Both the position numbers and the translations under genes were made by a program. A stretch of 64,000 nt of DNA from an uncultured Actinomycetes bacterium (GTDB taxonomy: Bacteria; Actinomycetota; UBA4738; HRBIN12). Under the pieces are notes generated by a model. It worked only from the letters and a program-made list of their open reading frames with translations, did not search any database and was not told where the DNA came from. Location: assembly GCA_963850315.1 (NCBI GenBank), contig CAWKKN010000003.1:106032-170031 (forward strand). Reading direction: 5' to 3'. Shown here one piece after another: positions 1-11,448 of this stretch (position 1 is the stretch's first letter; each line of letters opens with the position of its first letter).

Positions 1-761
1 TCGAGCCGAAGCCCGCCCCCGACGTCTGGCGCGATGACGCGGAGCTTGGACTCCGGGATGCCGCAGACGCCCGACAGGGTGACCTTCGCGATGTGCGGGA
101 TCTGCGTGGAGCTGACCAGCGTCTACTCGTCCATCGCCGGCACGCCGAACGCGAGGCAGCCGCGTGGCTCGATCGCGTTGGGGATCAGCCGCGGCTGGTG
201 GTAGCGCTCCGTGACGATCACCGGCGCCGTATCGAAGATCGTCTGGTCGCCCGCGCCGCCGTGGCTCCAGTGGACCGTGACGTTCGTCCCGAGCTCCTCG
301 TGGATCAGCGGGGCGCCCTCGGCCATCGCCGACTTCCAGGTCGGTGACGGCGGGCAGCTCGGTGACCTCGACGCTCACGAGCTCGGCCGCGTCGAGCGCC
401 TGGCTCGCGCGTCTCGCGCGACGACAACCGCGACCGCGTCGCCGTTGAACCGGATCCGGTCCTTCGTCAGCGGGTAGTGGTGGCGGGACCTTGATGTCCT
501 CGGTGATCGGCCAGACGAACGGGAGCTCGCCTACCTCGAGGTCGGCGGCGGTGTAGACGCCGACGACCCCGCGGCATCGCGGCGGCGGCGGACGTATCGA
601 TCGAATCGATCGGTCGCGTGCACGTAGGGCGGACGCACCATCGCCATCCACAGCATGCCCGGCATCGTCTGGTTGTCGATGTAGTTCGCCTGGCCGGTCA
701 CGAGGTCGCCGTCTTCCTTGCGCAGGACCTCGCGGCCGATGAACGGTTCGGTAGCGACCAT
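1..761 (-). pseudogene. Molybdopterin-binding large subunit of a second CoxL/xanthine-dehydrogenase-family enzyme. Only the 5' part is present, it runs off the window, and it has several frameshifts.
   Basis: N-terminus MVATEPFIGREVLRKEDGDLVTGQANYIDNQTMPGMLWMAMVRPPYVHA starts at 761, directly after a CoxS-like gene. The continuation (IDSIDTSAAAAMPG.., AEGAPLIHEELGTNVTVHWSHGG..YHQPRLIPNAIEPRGCLA) can only be followed by hopping between all three minus frames. Confidence 0.75.
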
Positions 762-784
762 CGGCTTCTCCTTGGCGCCGTGGC

Positions 785-1261
<477 letters not shown>

Positions 1262-1520
1262 GGGTGACCTCCTTCGTCTATCGGGGCAAGACTTGGCGCG
1301 CGCGAGTCTAGTCCCGCCGCAGAGAACGCGCGAACCGAACGGCCCGCCACCCGCCGCTGCTACCAGGAGGTGCCGGCGACGTGTATGGCGGCTGCGCTCG
1401 AACAACCCATCGACGAGGAGCCGTACCGGACGCCCTCGCCCCGGACGACGCGGATCATGAAGCATCGGCCGGTGGTGGCGGCAACGGCGGCTGCCCAGCC
1501 GTGCACGGTCGCCGTCACGC

Positions 1521-1943
1521 TCACGATCTGCGGCAGGGGGGAGGGGCCCATCGACGAAGGTGTAGTGCGGGAAGGCGCTCGGCGAGCTGGGCGGGTCCGG
1601 CGGCGGTGAACGAGCGGCCCGCCGCGAGGTGCCGGGCCGACATCATCACCTGGCGGGCCACGTTCTGCGCCTGGGGTCCTGGGGCGTCGTCGGTCGCCGT
1701 GGCGAGCGCCTCGGCCGTGTCCCCGGGGCCCTGCATCGTGCTCACGAGCGCCGGCGGGGAGGTGTGGAGGGCGAGAGCTCGCAGGCTCGCTCGTTCGCTG
1801 TCGATCACCCATCGGGCGAACGAGCCGATGACGGCGACGAACAGCAGCCCTGCCAGCGTCGCCGTGAGCGTTCGCGAAGATACGCGCCGACGCAACGGCG
1901 TCGGCACGGCGCGGAACGCGAAGGTTTCGTAGTTGTCGGCCAT
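1521..1943 (-). CDS. Hypothetical membrane-anchored protein; the C-terminus may be frameshifted and extend toward about 1360
   Basis: 140-aa ORF with one hydrophobic helix ([18 protein letters not shown]) and GC3-rich codons. No recognisable domain. The R/P-rich tail suggests a frame problem. Confidence 0.4.
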   Translation of the reverse strand: MADNYETFAFRAVPTPLRRRVSSRTLTATLAGLLFVAVIGSFARWVIDSERASLRALALHTSPPALVSTMQGPGDTAEALATATDDAPGPQAQNVARQVMMSARHLAAGRSFTAAGPAQLAERLPALHLRRWAPPPCRRS

Positions 1944-1971
1944 CTCCCCCGCCGTTGGTATCGGCGGGGAG
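1944..1971 (-). terminator. GC-rich hairpin between the hsp20 stop and the next start codon. It could be a terminator or an SD-sequestering structure.
   Basis: ctcccccgccg-ttggtat-cggcggggag: a 10-bp stem with one bulged C. On the minus strand its 3' arm GGCGGGGGAG abuts the ATG at 1943 and contains the only SD-like purine run. There is no U-tail. Confidence 0.35.
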
Positions 1972-2012
1972 ACGGCCGAGCGTTAGCCTTCAGCGGGCTT
2001 CCTCTTGCGGCC

Positions 2013-2492
2013 TCAGGCAGCCTTGACCGGCTTCGCCATCGTGACCGCGATCTCCTTGGGCTTCGGCGCCTCCACCTCCTTCGCGCCCTTCGGCACGGTG
2101 ATCGTCAGGACACCGTCGCCGTACTCCGCCTTGATGGAGTCCTCGTCGGTCCCCTCGGGAAGCGGGATCCTGCGCTCGAACGCGCCGTACGTGGTCTCCA
2201 TACGGAAGTAGTCGTCCTCCTTGATCTCCTCCTTCTTCGTCCGCTCTCCGCGAACCACGAGGTCTCCGTCTTCGATCTGGACGTGGACGTCGGTCTTCGG
2301 ATCCACGCCGGGCAGCTCGATGCGCGCCAGCAGGTCCGTTCCCTTCGCGTAGATGTCCATTGCCGGCAGAACCGGCTTCCGAAGGAGCGGATCCAGGCTC
2401 CTGCGCCCGATCATGCCCCGGGCCATCTCGTCCATGCGGCGCTCGAGGTCGAAGATCTCGCCCCAGAAGTCCCTCGTCATCAGGTCCTTCAT
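2013..2492 (-). CDS. Hsp20/alpha-crystallin family small heat-shock protein
   Basis: 159 aa with an alpha-crystallin core (PAMDIYAKGTDLLARIELPGVDPKTDVHVQIEDGDLVVRGERT...YGAFERRIPLPEGTDEDSIKAEYGDGVLTITVPK). Confidence 0.95.
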   Translation of the reverse strand: MKDLMTRDFWGEIFDLERRMDEMARGMIGRRSLDPLLRKPVLPAMDIYAKGTDLLARIELPGVDPKTDVHVQIEDGDLVVRGERTKKEEIKEDDYFRMETTYGAFERRIPLPEGTDEDSIKAEYGDGVLTITVPKGAKEVEAPKPKEIAVTMAKPVKAA

Positions 2493-2638
2493 CGTTCACT
2501 CACCTCCCCTCAGCTTCAGGGTAGGGGGCGGTGCGGGCTCCCGATGCGGCCGAACGTCCCCCATCCGGCGAGACCTGGTGCCCTGCGGTGTCCCACCTCG
2601 CCACGCGCTCTGATCGCCGCCCCCGTACCATCTGAGGT

Positions 2639-3776
2639 GTGAGCGAGATCAGCGACGTGCTGGCGGCGATCGAGTCGCTCTCGGCGAAGGGAGAGCGGAT
2701 GGCCCTCGCTACGATCGTGGCCGTTCGCGGGTCCACCTACCGCCGGCCCGGCGCCCGCTTGCTGGTCCCCGAGGAGGGGGCGCCCATCGGCAACATCAGC
2801 GGCGGCTGCCTGGAAGGCGACGTGGCGGACATGGCGCGCGTCGTGATGGGGAGGGGACGGCGCGCGGCTCGCCGGGTGGGACCTCACCGCCGACGACGAC
2901 GCCGTGTGGGGGCTGGGACTCGGCTGCAACGGCGCCATCGAGGTGTTCATCGAACCCGCGGAGCAGGCCGCGCAGGTGGCGGGCGCATTGCGGATGGCGC
3001 TGGAGGAGGAGCGGCCCATCTGCGTCGTCACCGTGCTGGAGTCCGGCCTCGAAGAGGTGGCGCCGGGCGCGCGGCTCGTGGTCCGCCCGGCGGGCGAGCC
3101 GAGGGGTCGTTGGGGAGCCCCGACGTCGATCTCGAGGCCTTCGCCGCCGCGGGCGAGCAGCTGGCGCTCGAGCGCTCGGAGATCACGCGACGCTCCCCGG
3201 GAACATCCGCGCGTTCGTGGAGGTGCTGGACCCGCCCGCTGCGGCTGTTGATCTGCGGCGCCGGGCCACGACGCGATCCCGGTGGTGCGCGCCGCGGCGG
3301 GACTGGGGTGGAACGCCGTGGTCGTCGACGACCGCCCCGAGTTCTTGAACCTCGAGCGGTACCCCGAGGCGGCCGGATTCGTGCCCGTGGACGCCCCCGA
3401 GCGGATCGCGGCCACCGCGGCGGTCGACGACCACACCTACGTGGTCGTGATGACCCACAACTTTCTTCGCGACAAGGAGTACCTGCGCGCGCTGGTCGCA
3501 ACGAAGGCTGCTTACATCGGCATGCTCGGTCCCGCGGCCCGCACCGAGCGCCTCCTCATGGAGCTCCGGGACGAGGGAGCCCGGATCGACGAGGGCGTTC
3601 GCGTCCGCATCCACGGCCCCGCGGGCCTGGACCTCGGCAGCGAGGGCCCCGAGGAGATCGCGCAATCGATCGTCGCCGAGATCGTCGCCGTGCGCCGAGA
3701 TCGCCAGGGTGGTTTCTTGAAGGAGCGTCCCGGCCCCATCCACGACCGCCCCCGCCCCGGCGCCGAAGCTCGGTAG
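2639..3776 (+). pseudogene. XdhC/CoxI-family molybdoenzyme maturation factor, frameshifted twice in this assembly
   Basis: The GTG-start N-terminal XdhC domain (ALATIVAVRGSTYRRPGARLLV..GNISGGCLEGDV) continues in a second frame (WGLGLGCNGAIEVFIEP). A third frame carries the Rossmann part (VVVDDRPEF..HTYVVVMTHNFLRDKEYL..AYIGMLGPAART..IHGPAGLDLG). The first shift lies in the G-runs near 2847-2860. Confidence 0.8.
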
Positions 3777-3800
3777 TGCGCGGTCCTCGGACGGCGTGGC

Positions 3801-3829
3801 TTGCTGCTTGCCGCGCAGGGATTGATAAT
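3801..3829 (+). promoter_or_regulatory. Candidate sigma-70-type promoter upstream of coxM
   Basis: TTGCTG (3801-3806), a 17-nt spacer, then GATAAT (3824-3829), in a locally AT-richer stretch about 60 nt before the coxM ATG. GAAGGGAGAG lies upstream of the start as SD. This is a pattern match only. Confidence 0.35.
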
Positions 3830-3892
3830 CGTTTCGTTCGTCCCGGCCGTATGTCTATCGACGGCTCCACCGACGAAGGGAGAGTTTGACCG

Positions 3893-4759
3893 ATGCTGCC
3901 CTCGCGGTTCTCGTACCACCGAGCGGGCTCGCTCGAAGAGGCATTCGCCCTCCTCGACCAATACGGGGAAGACGCCAAGGTCCTCGCGGGTGGGCAGAGC
4001 CTCATCCCCATGATGAAGCTCCGCTTCGCCAACCCCGAGCACCTGATCGACGTCAACCACGTCGGGGGTCTCGACGGCATCGAGGAGCGCGACGGCACGT
4101 TGAGGATCGGCGCGCTGGTGCGGCACAACAACCTCGCCGCGTCCGACGTGATCGCCCGCTACCCCACCATCGCCGGCGCGGCGCCGCAGATCGCCGACCC
4201 CCTCGTCCGCAACCTCGGGACGATCGGCGGGTCACTCTCCCATGCCGACCCCGCGGGCGACCTCGGATCGGTGATGCTCGCGCTCGCCGGGAGCGTCGTG
4301 CTCAGCAGCTCGGGGGGCGAACGGGAGGTGCCGATCTCCGAGTTCCTCCTCGACACGTTCACGACCTCGATCCGGCCGAACGAGTTGCTCACGCAGGTAC
4401 GCGTGCCGGCCGCGGCTCCCCGCTCCGGCGGCGACTACCTGAAGCTGGAGCGCAAGGTGGGCGACTGGGCCACCGTCGGAGTGGCGGTCGCGCTCACGAT
4501 GTCGAACGGCTCCATCGGGCGCGCGGGGATCGGACTTACAGGCGTTGGCCTGAAGAACCTGGAGGCGACGGAGGCCGAGGCCGTCCTGGCCGGCGCGACG
4601 CCGGGGGACGACGTGTTCGCCGAAGCGGGACGGCTCGCTGCCGCCGCCTCGGACCCCGTGTCCGACGTCCGCGGCCCCGCCGACTACAAGCGTCACATCA
4701 TCGAGGTCTATGTGCAGCGTGGGATGGCCCGCGCGCTCGAGCAGGCGCAGGCCGCCTGA
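3893..4759 (+). CDS. coxM: CO dehydrogenase medium (FAD-binding) subunit CoxM
   Basis: 288 aa with an FAD-binding PCMH-type N-terminus (FSYHRAGSLEEAFALLDQYGEDAKVLAGGQSLIPMMKLR) and a CO-dehydrogenase flavoprotein C-terminal domain. It is first in an M-S-L gene order. Confidence 0.92.
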   Translation: MLPSRFSYHRAGSLEEAFALLDQYGEDAKVLAGGQSLIPMMKLRFANPEHLIDVNHVGGLDGIEERDGTLRIGALVRHNNLAASDVIARYPTIAGAAPQIADPLVRNLGTIGGSLSHADPAGDLGSVMLALAGSVVLSSSGGEREVPISEFLLDTFTTSIRPNELLTQVRVPAAAPRSGGDYLKLERKVGDWATVGVAVALTMSNGSIGRAGIGLTGVGLKNLEATEAEAVLAGATPGDDVFAEAGRLAAAASDPVSDVRGPADYKRHIIEVYVQRGMARALEQAQAA

Positions 4760-4778
4760 GCTGGGGGGAAACGAGACG

Positions 4779-5273
4779 ATGAAGGTCACCGTCACGATCA
4801 ACGGCGCCGAGCGGACCGCGGACGTCGAAGATCGACTGCTGCTGGTCCATCTGATCCGCGAGGTCTTCGAGCTCACCGGCACGCACATCGGCTGCGATAC
4901 GTCGTCCTGCGGAGCGTGCACCGTGCTGATGGACGGCGTGCCGGTGAAGTCCTGCACGCTCTTCGGTGTCCAGGCCGACGGACGCGAGCTCACCACGGTG
5001 GAGGGGCTCATGGACGGCGCGGCGCTCAACCCGATCCAAGTGGCGTTCAAGGAGCATCACGGACTTCAGTGCGGCTACTGCACGCCCGGCATGATGCTGG
5101 TAGGGGCGTCGCTGATCGAGCGCAACCCGGAGCCCAGCGACGACGAGGTCCGCTGGGCGATCTCGGGCAATATCTGTCGCTGCACGGGCTACATGAACAT
5201 CGTGAAGGCGATCCAAGGCGCGGCCGCGGAGAAGGCGAAGGCCGCCCTCCCCTCCGAAACCGTCAGCGCCTAG
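4779..5273 (+). CDS. coxS: CO dehydrogenase small ([2Fe-2S]) subunit CoxS
   Basis: [57 protein letters not shown]. The start at 4779 is chosen inside the longer ORF 4710..5273. Confidence 0.95.
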   Translation: MKVTVTINGAERTADVEDRLLLVHLIREVFELTGTHIGCDTSSCGACTVLMDGVPVKSCTLFGVQADGRELTTVEGLMDGAALNPIQVAFKEHHGLQCGYCTPGMMLVGASLIERNPEPSDDEVRWAISGNICRCTGYMNIVKAIQGAAAEKAKAALPSETVSA

Positions 5274-5292
5274 GGAAGGAGCACGCGAGAAG

Positions 5293-7650
<2,358 letters not shown>

Positions 7651-7667
7651 AGCCGGACATCCTGGAG

Positions 7668-8618
7668 TTGGCCGCTCATCTCTCGCGCGAGGGCGAGCCA
7701 TTCGTGTTGGCGACGGTGGTTTGGAGCCGGGCGCCCTCGTCCGGCAAGCCGGGGTCGACGGCGCTCATCACGGCCGACCGGCGGATCCACGGATGGCTCG
7801 GCGGGGCGTGCGCGGAGCCCACGGTGATCCGCGAGGGGCTGGCCGCGCTCGCCGAGGGCACGCCGAAGCTGCTGTTCCTCGGGAGGCCCGACGAGCTCGA
7901 GGTCTACGCGCGCGACGGGGTCGTGACCGTGCCCATCTCGTGCCAAAGCGAAGGAGCCTTGGAGGTCTACGTGGAACCAGTCGTGCCGTCGCCACAACTG
8001 ATCGTCGTGGGACGCTCCCCCGCCGTGGACGCGCTGGCGGGGATGGGGAGCGCCCTGGGGTGGCGCACCGTGGTGGTGGACGAAGGCGGGAACGCGGCGG
8101 ACCATCCCTCGGCCGGCGGCGTGATGACCGAGCTCGATCTCGGCTCCGTGAACGAGCGTTCGTTCGTCGTCGTCGCGACGCAGGGACACTACGACGAAGA
8201 CGCACTCCAACATGCGCTCGCGACGCCGGCGGCCTACGTAGGGCTCGTGGCGTCGCGCAAACGCGCCGCGTCCGTCCTCGGCTACCTGCGCGATCGCGGC
8301 GTCTCGGAGGAGGCGATCGCGCGCGTGCATGCCCCCGCGGGCCTCGACCTCGGCAAGCTCCCCAACGCCGAGATCGCCGCCGCGATCATCGCCGAGCTCG
8401 TGCAGCTGCGCGCGTCCGGAGCGTTGGCAGGCGGCGTACCGGCCGCCGTTGCGGAGACACGTCACGAAGAGATCGATCCCGTGTGCGGGATGACCGTCGA
8501 TGTCGCCACCGCGCGCTTCCGCACCAGCCATGACGGCCACACCTTCTACTTCTGCTCCGCGGGCTGTCTCGCACGGTTCAACGAGGAGCCGGCGGCGTTC
8601 CAGGCCGCCTCCGCATGA
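7668..8618 (+). CDS. XdhC/CoxF-family maturation factor fused to a C-terminal YHS (TRASH-type) metal-binding domain
   Basis: XdhC N-domain (FVLATVVWSRAPSSGKPGS..GWLGGACAEP), Rossmann domain (LIVVGRSPAV..SFVVVATQGHYDEDAL..YVGLVASRKRA..VHAPAGLDLG), then EIDPVCGMTVD...HTFYFCSAGCLARF at about 8472-8615. The start is uncertain: TTG at 7668 or an in-frame CTG at 7647. Confidence 0.85.
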   Translation: MAAHLSREGEPFVLATVVWSRAPSSGKPGSTALITADRRIHGWLGGACAEPTVIREGLAALAEGTPKLLFLGRPDELEVYARDGVVTVPISCQSEGALEVYVEPVVPSPQLIVVGRSPAVDALAGMGSALGWRTVVVDEGGNAADHPSAGGVMTELDLGSVNERSFVVVATQGHYDEDALQHALATPAAYVGLVASRKRAASVLGYLRDRGVSEEAIARVHAPAGLDLGKLPNAEIAAAIIAELVQLRASGALAGGVPAAVAETRHEEIDPVCGMTVDVATARFRTSHDGHTFYFCSAGCLARFNEEPAAFQAASA

Positions 8619-8637
8619 GTCGTTACGCTGGTTCGTC

Positions 8638-9255
8638 ATGCTGATCGAGAACGAGTTCACGGTGACCGCGCCGGTCGACGCGCTCTGGGCCTATCTGCTC
8701 GACGTGGAGAAGATCGCCCCCTGCATGCCGGGTGCCGAGCTCACCGAGGTCGTCGACAACAAGAACTGGAAGGGCAAGCTCAACGCGAAGTTCGGGCCGG
8801 TGTCGATGGCGTTCGCCGGCACCGTCACGATGGATGAGCGCGACGACGCGGCGCACCGTGTCGTCCTGCACGCCAAGGGCATGGAGGCCAAGGGCAAGGG
8901 CGCGGCGAACGCCACGGTCACCTCGTGGTTGGAACCCGGCGACGCCCCCGACCGCTCGCGCGTGAAGATGACGGCGGACATCACGCTCACCGGCGCGGCC
9001 GCTCAGATGTCGCGCGGGCTGCTGCCCGAGATCTCCAAGAAGCTGACCCAACAGTTCGCCGATTGCCTCCAGGCGTCCATGGCGGCCGAGAACGCGCCCG
9101 CACCCGCGGGCTCCGACGGGGCCGGGCCGGCCCCGGCTCCCGCACCGACGCCGGTCGCGAAGCCCGTCGGGGGGCTTTCGCTCGGGCTCTCGGCGATGTG
9201 GGCCGTCGTGAAGAACCTCTTCAAGCGGCTCTTCGGCGGCAAGCCCAAGGCGTGA
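8638..9255 (+). CDS. coxG: CoxG (SRPBCC-fold carbon monoxide dehydrogenase subunit G) with an Ala/Pro-rich linker and a C-terminal amphipathic or hydrophobic tail
   Basis: MLIENEFTVTAPVDALWAYLLDVEKIAPCMPGAELTEVVD..WKGKLNAKFGPVSMAFAGTVTM matches the CoxG/SRPBCC pattern. It lies directly downstream in the cox cluster. Confidence 0.9.
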   Translation: MLIENEFTVTAPVDALWAYLLDVEKIAPCMPGAELTEVVDNKNWKGKLNAKFGPVSMAFAGTVTMDERDDAAHRVVLHAKGMEAKGKGAANATVTSWLEPGDAPDRSRVKMTADITLTGAAAQMSRGLLPEISKKLTQQFADCLQASMAAENAPAPAGSDGAGPAPAPAPTPVAKPVGGLSLGLSAMWAVVKNLFKRLFGGKPKA

Positions 9256-9256
9256 G

Positions 9257-9820
9257 GTGATCTCGGGGGTCGTCCTCGCGGCGGGGACCGGCTCGCGGTT
9301 CGGCGGCACGAAGCAGATCGCGCCGTGGCGGGGCAAGCCACTGGCCCAGCACGCCGTCGACGCGCTCGATGCCGCGGAGGTGGACGAGATCCTCGTGGTG
9401 CTCGGTCACGACGCCGAGGCGGTGAAGCACGCGCTCACGCTCCCGAAGCACGCCCGCATCGTCGAGAACCCGGCGTACCGCGACGGACAGTCCACGTCGC
9501 TCGCCGCGGCGATGCACGAGGTGAGCGACGACAGCCAGGCCGCCGTCATCCTGATGGCCGACCAGCCTGGGATCGACGCCGCCGTCGTCCGCGCGCTCGT
9601 GACGGGCTTCCTGCGGACACGCAAGCAGATCGTCCGCGCCGCCTTCCGCGACGGCCCGGGGCCGGCGCTCCTGTCCCGCGAGATCTACGCCGAGGCCGGC
9701 CATCTGCACGGCGATGCCGGCGCTCGCCTCCTCATGGCGTCCCACCCCGAGTGGATCGAGGAGGTCGCCATCGACGCCGACGTGCCCCGCGACGTCGACA
9801 CGCGCGAGGACCTGGCCTAG
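9257..9820 (+). CDS. mocA: MobA-like nucleotidyltransferase, probably the molybdenum cofactor cytidylyltransferase (MCD synthesis)
   Basis: GTG start one nt after the coxG stop. The N-terminal GVVLAAGTGSRFGGTKQ motif, ENPAYRDGQSTSL and LMADQPG are typical of MocA/CoxC-like NTP transferases next to XDH-family enzymes. Confidence 0.8.
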   Translation: MISGVVLAAGTGSRFGGTKQIAPWRGKPLAQHAVDALDAAEVDEILVVLGHDAEAVKHALTLPKHARIVENPAYRDGQSTSLAAAMHEVSDDSQAAVILMADQPGIDAAVVRALVTGFLRTRKQIVRAAFRDGPGPALLSREIYAEAGHLHGDAGARLLMASHPEWIEEVAIDADVPRDVDTREDLA

Positions 9821-10245
9821 GCATCGCGGCGCGGGCGCACCATCGTTCGATCCGGCGTCGCCCGGCGGAAGCCGAACTTCTCGTAGAGCGTGTGCGCGTC
9901 GCTCGTTCCTAGATACCACTGGAGGTCGCGGTGGTCGGGGAACTCGACCGCTTCACGCACGAGCGCGGTGCCGATGCCTCGTCCCCGGTAGGCGGGCAGC
10001 ACGAAGACGTCGCCGAGCCAGGCCATGTTCGACCGGTCGGACATGACACGGCAGAAGCCGACGAGGCGCTCTCCGTGGTAGGCCGCGACGACCCGGGTCG
10101 ACTCGCGGACGAGGCGTTCGATCGTGTCGCGCGAACGACCCCGCACCCAGTACGCGTCCTCGCTGAGGAACCGGTGGACGGCATCGACGTCCACCCGCTC
10201 GCGGTCGTCGTCGAGCTCGAAGCCCTCCTCGATGGCGCGGATCAA
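9817..10245 (-). CDS. GNAT-family N-acetyltransferase
   Basis: 142 aa from a TTG that overlaps the upstream stop (TTGA). Acetyl-CoA motif VLPAYRGRGIGTALVREA, then HTLYEKFGF. Confidence 0.8.
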   Translation of the reverse strand: MIRAIEEGFELDDDRERVDVDAVHRFLSEDAYWVRGRSRDTIERLVRESTRVVAAYHGERLVGFCRVMSDRSNMAWLGDVFVLPAYRGRGIGTALVREAVEFPDHRDLQWYLGTSDAHTLYEKFGFRRATPDRTMVRPRRDA

Positions 10246-11057
10246 CAGATCAGCCCCAGGCGGCGGTGGGACAGCGCGGGGAGCGCCTGGCGCACGCGGC
10301 GGAGCTCGGTGAAGTCGAGGTCCGCGAACCAGACCCCGGGCTCCTCCGACGAGCCTTCCACGAGCGTGCGGCCCCACGGGTCCACGACGAGGCTGTGCCC
10401 GAAGGACCTCCGCCCCTTCTCGGGGTCCCCGAACCGGCCGCACTGCGCCGGAGCGATGACGAAGCACTGATCCTCGATCGCGCGAGCGCGCAGCAGCACG
10501 TGCCAGTGGTCCTTCCCGGTCTCGAACTGGAACTGCGCCGGGACGAACAGCACCTCCGCGCCCAACACCATCAGCCCGCGGTACAGCTCCGGAAATCGCA
10601 AGTCGTAGCAGACCGACAGCCCCACACGAGCGAACTCGGTCTCGTGCGTCACCAGCTGATCCCCCGCCGTGATCGAGGCCGACTCGCGGAACGGGGGTTG
10701 ACCGGGCAGCTCGACGTCGTAGAGATGGATCTTGCGGTAGCTCGCGACGACCTCGCCGGTACGGTCGATCAACACCGACGTGTCGAAGACGTGGTCGCCC
10801 TCACGCTCCAGCACGCTGCCGACGAGCACCCACATCCCGCGAGCGCGCGCCACCGCGGCGAGCCGCTCGATCGACGGGCCCGGGACCGGCTCGGCGACCT
10901 CGGCACGACCCGCAGACGCTCCTAGGTAGGTGCAGTACTCGGGCAGGGCCGCCAGATCCGCCCCGCCCTCCGCCGCGGCCTCAAGCTGCCCCGTCGCTGC
11001 CTCGAGGTTCGTCGCCACGTCCGCTCCCGAACTCATCTGACACACGGCGACACGCAT
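10242..11057 (-). CDS. Carbon-nitrogen hydrolase (nitrilase superfamily; Nit/omega-amidase-like)
   Basis: 271 aa. Candidate catalytic triad context: PEY (Glu), YRKIHLYD (Lys), GLSVCYDLRFPE (Cys). Confidence 0.9.
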   Translation of the reverse strand: MRVAVCQMSSGADVATNLEAATGQLEAAAEGGADLAALPEYCTYLGASAGRAEVAEPVPGPSIERLAAVARARGMWVLVGSVLEREGDHVFDTSVLIDRTGEVVASYRKIHLYDVELPGQPPFRESASITAGDQLVTHETEFARVGLSVCYDLRFPELYRGLMVLGAEVLFVPAQFQFETGKDHWHVLLRARAIEDQCFVIAPAQCGRFGDPEKGRRSFGHSLVVDPWGRTLVEGSSEEPGVWFADLDFTELRRVRQALPALSHRRLGLIC

Positions 11058-11090
11058 GGGAGCGGCAGTCTACGCCGCAGGATCGCGGGA

Positions 11091-11448
11091 TCAGGAGACC
11101 CCGCGCCCTGCGGGTGCTCTCGTGTCGAGCTGCCAGCGGTTGCAGAGCAAGGTCGTCCCTTCGTAATCGACGTCCCCCGTCGAGACGGGCACGCTGCAGG
11201 AGAGCCGCCGCTCCGTCGCGGCCCACCCCTCGACCCCGGAACTTCGCCAACACCATCCAACCGATCTCGCTGATCCGACCATCCTTCATCTCGTGGCTCC
11301 AGATGCAGACATGGCCCATCGCCTCACCCTCGTCGGAGACGATCACGCAGATCCACGACTCGTCCCGCTCGGTTGCGGCGACGTCCTCGCTCAGCTTCTC
11401 GGGGATGCGACGCGTCCCCTCAGTCGCGAAGTGCGACGCGGATCGCAT
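11091..11448 (-). pseudogene. Small GNAT-like acetyltransferase remnant (frame break or internal loss)
   Basis: An ATG at 11448 overlaps the acs 3' end. It encodes ..WICVIVSDEGEAMGHVCIWSHEMKDGRISEIGWMVLAKFRGRGVGRDGAAALLQRARLDG. A C-terminal-looking piece (DVDYEGTTLLCNRWQLD, stop 11091) is only in another frame, and the segment normally between them seems missing. Confidence 0.5.

Noticed and set aside
2493-2638. Heat-shock operators (HAIR/CIRCE-type inverted repeats or a ROSE-like thermometer) upstream of hsp20
   Set aside because: By eye I found no CTTGAGT-N7-ACTCAAG or TTAGCACTC-N9-GAGTGCTAA-like repeat and no obvious extended 5' UTR hairpin series.
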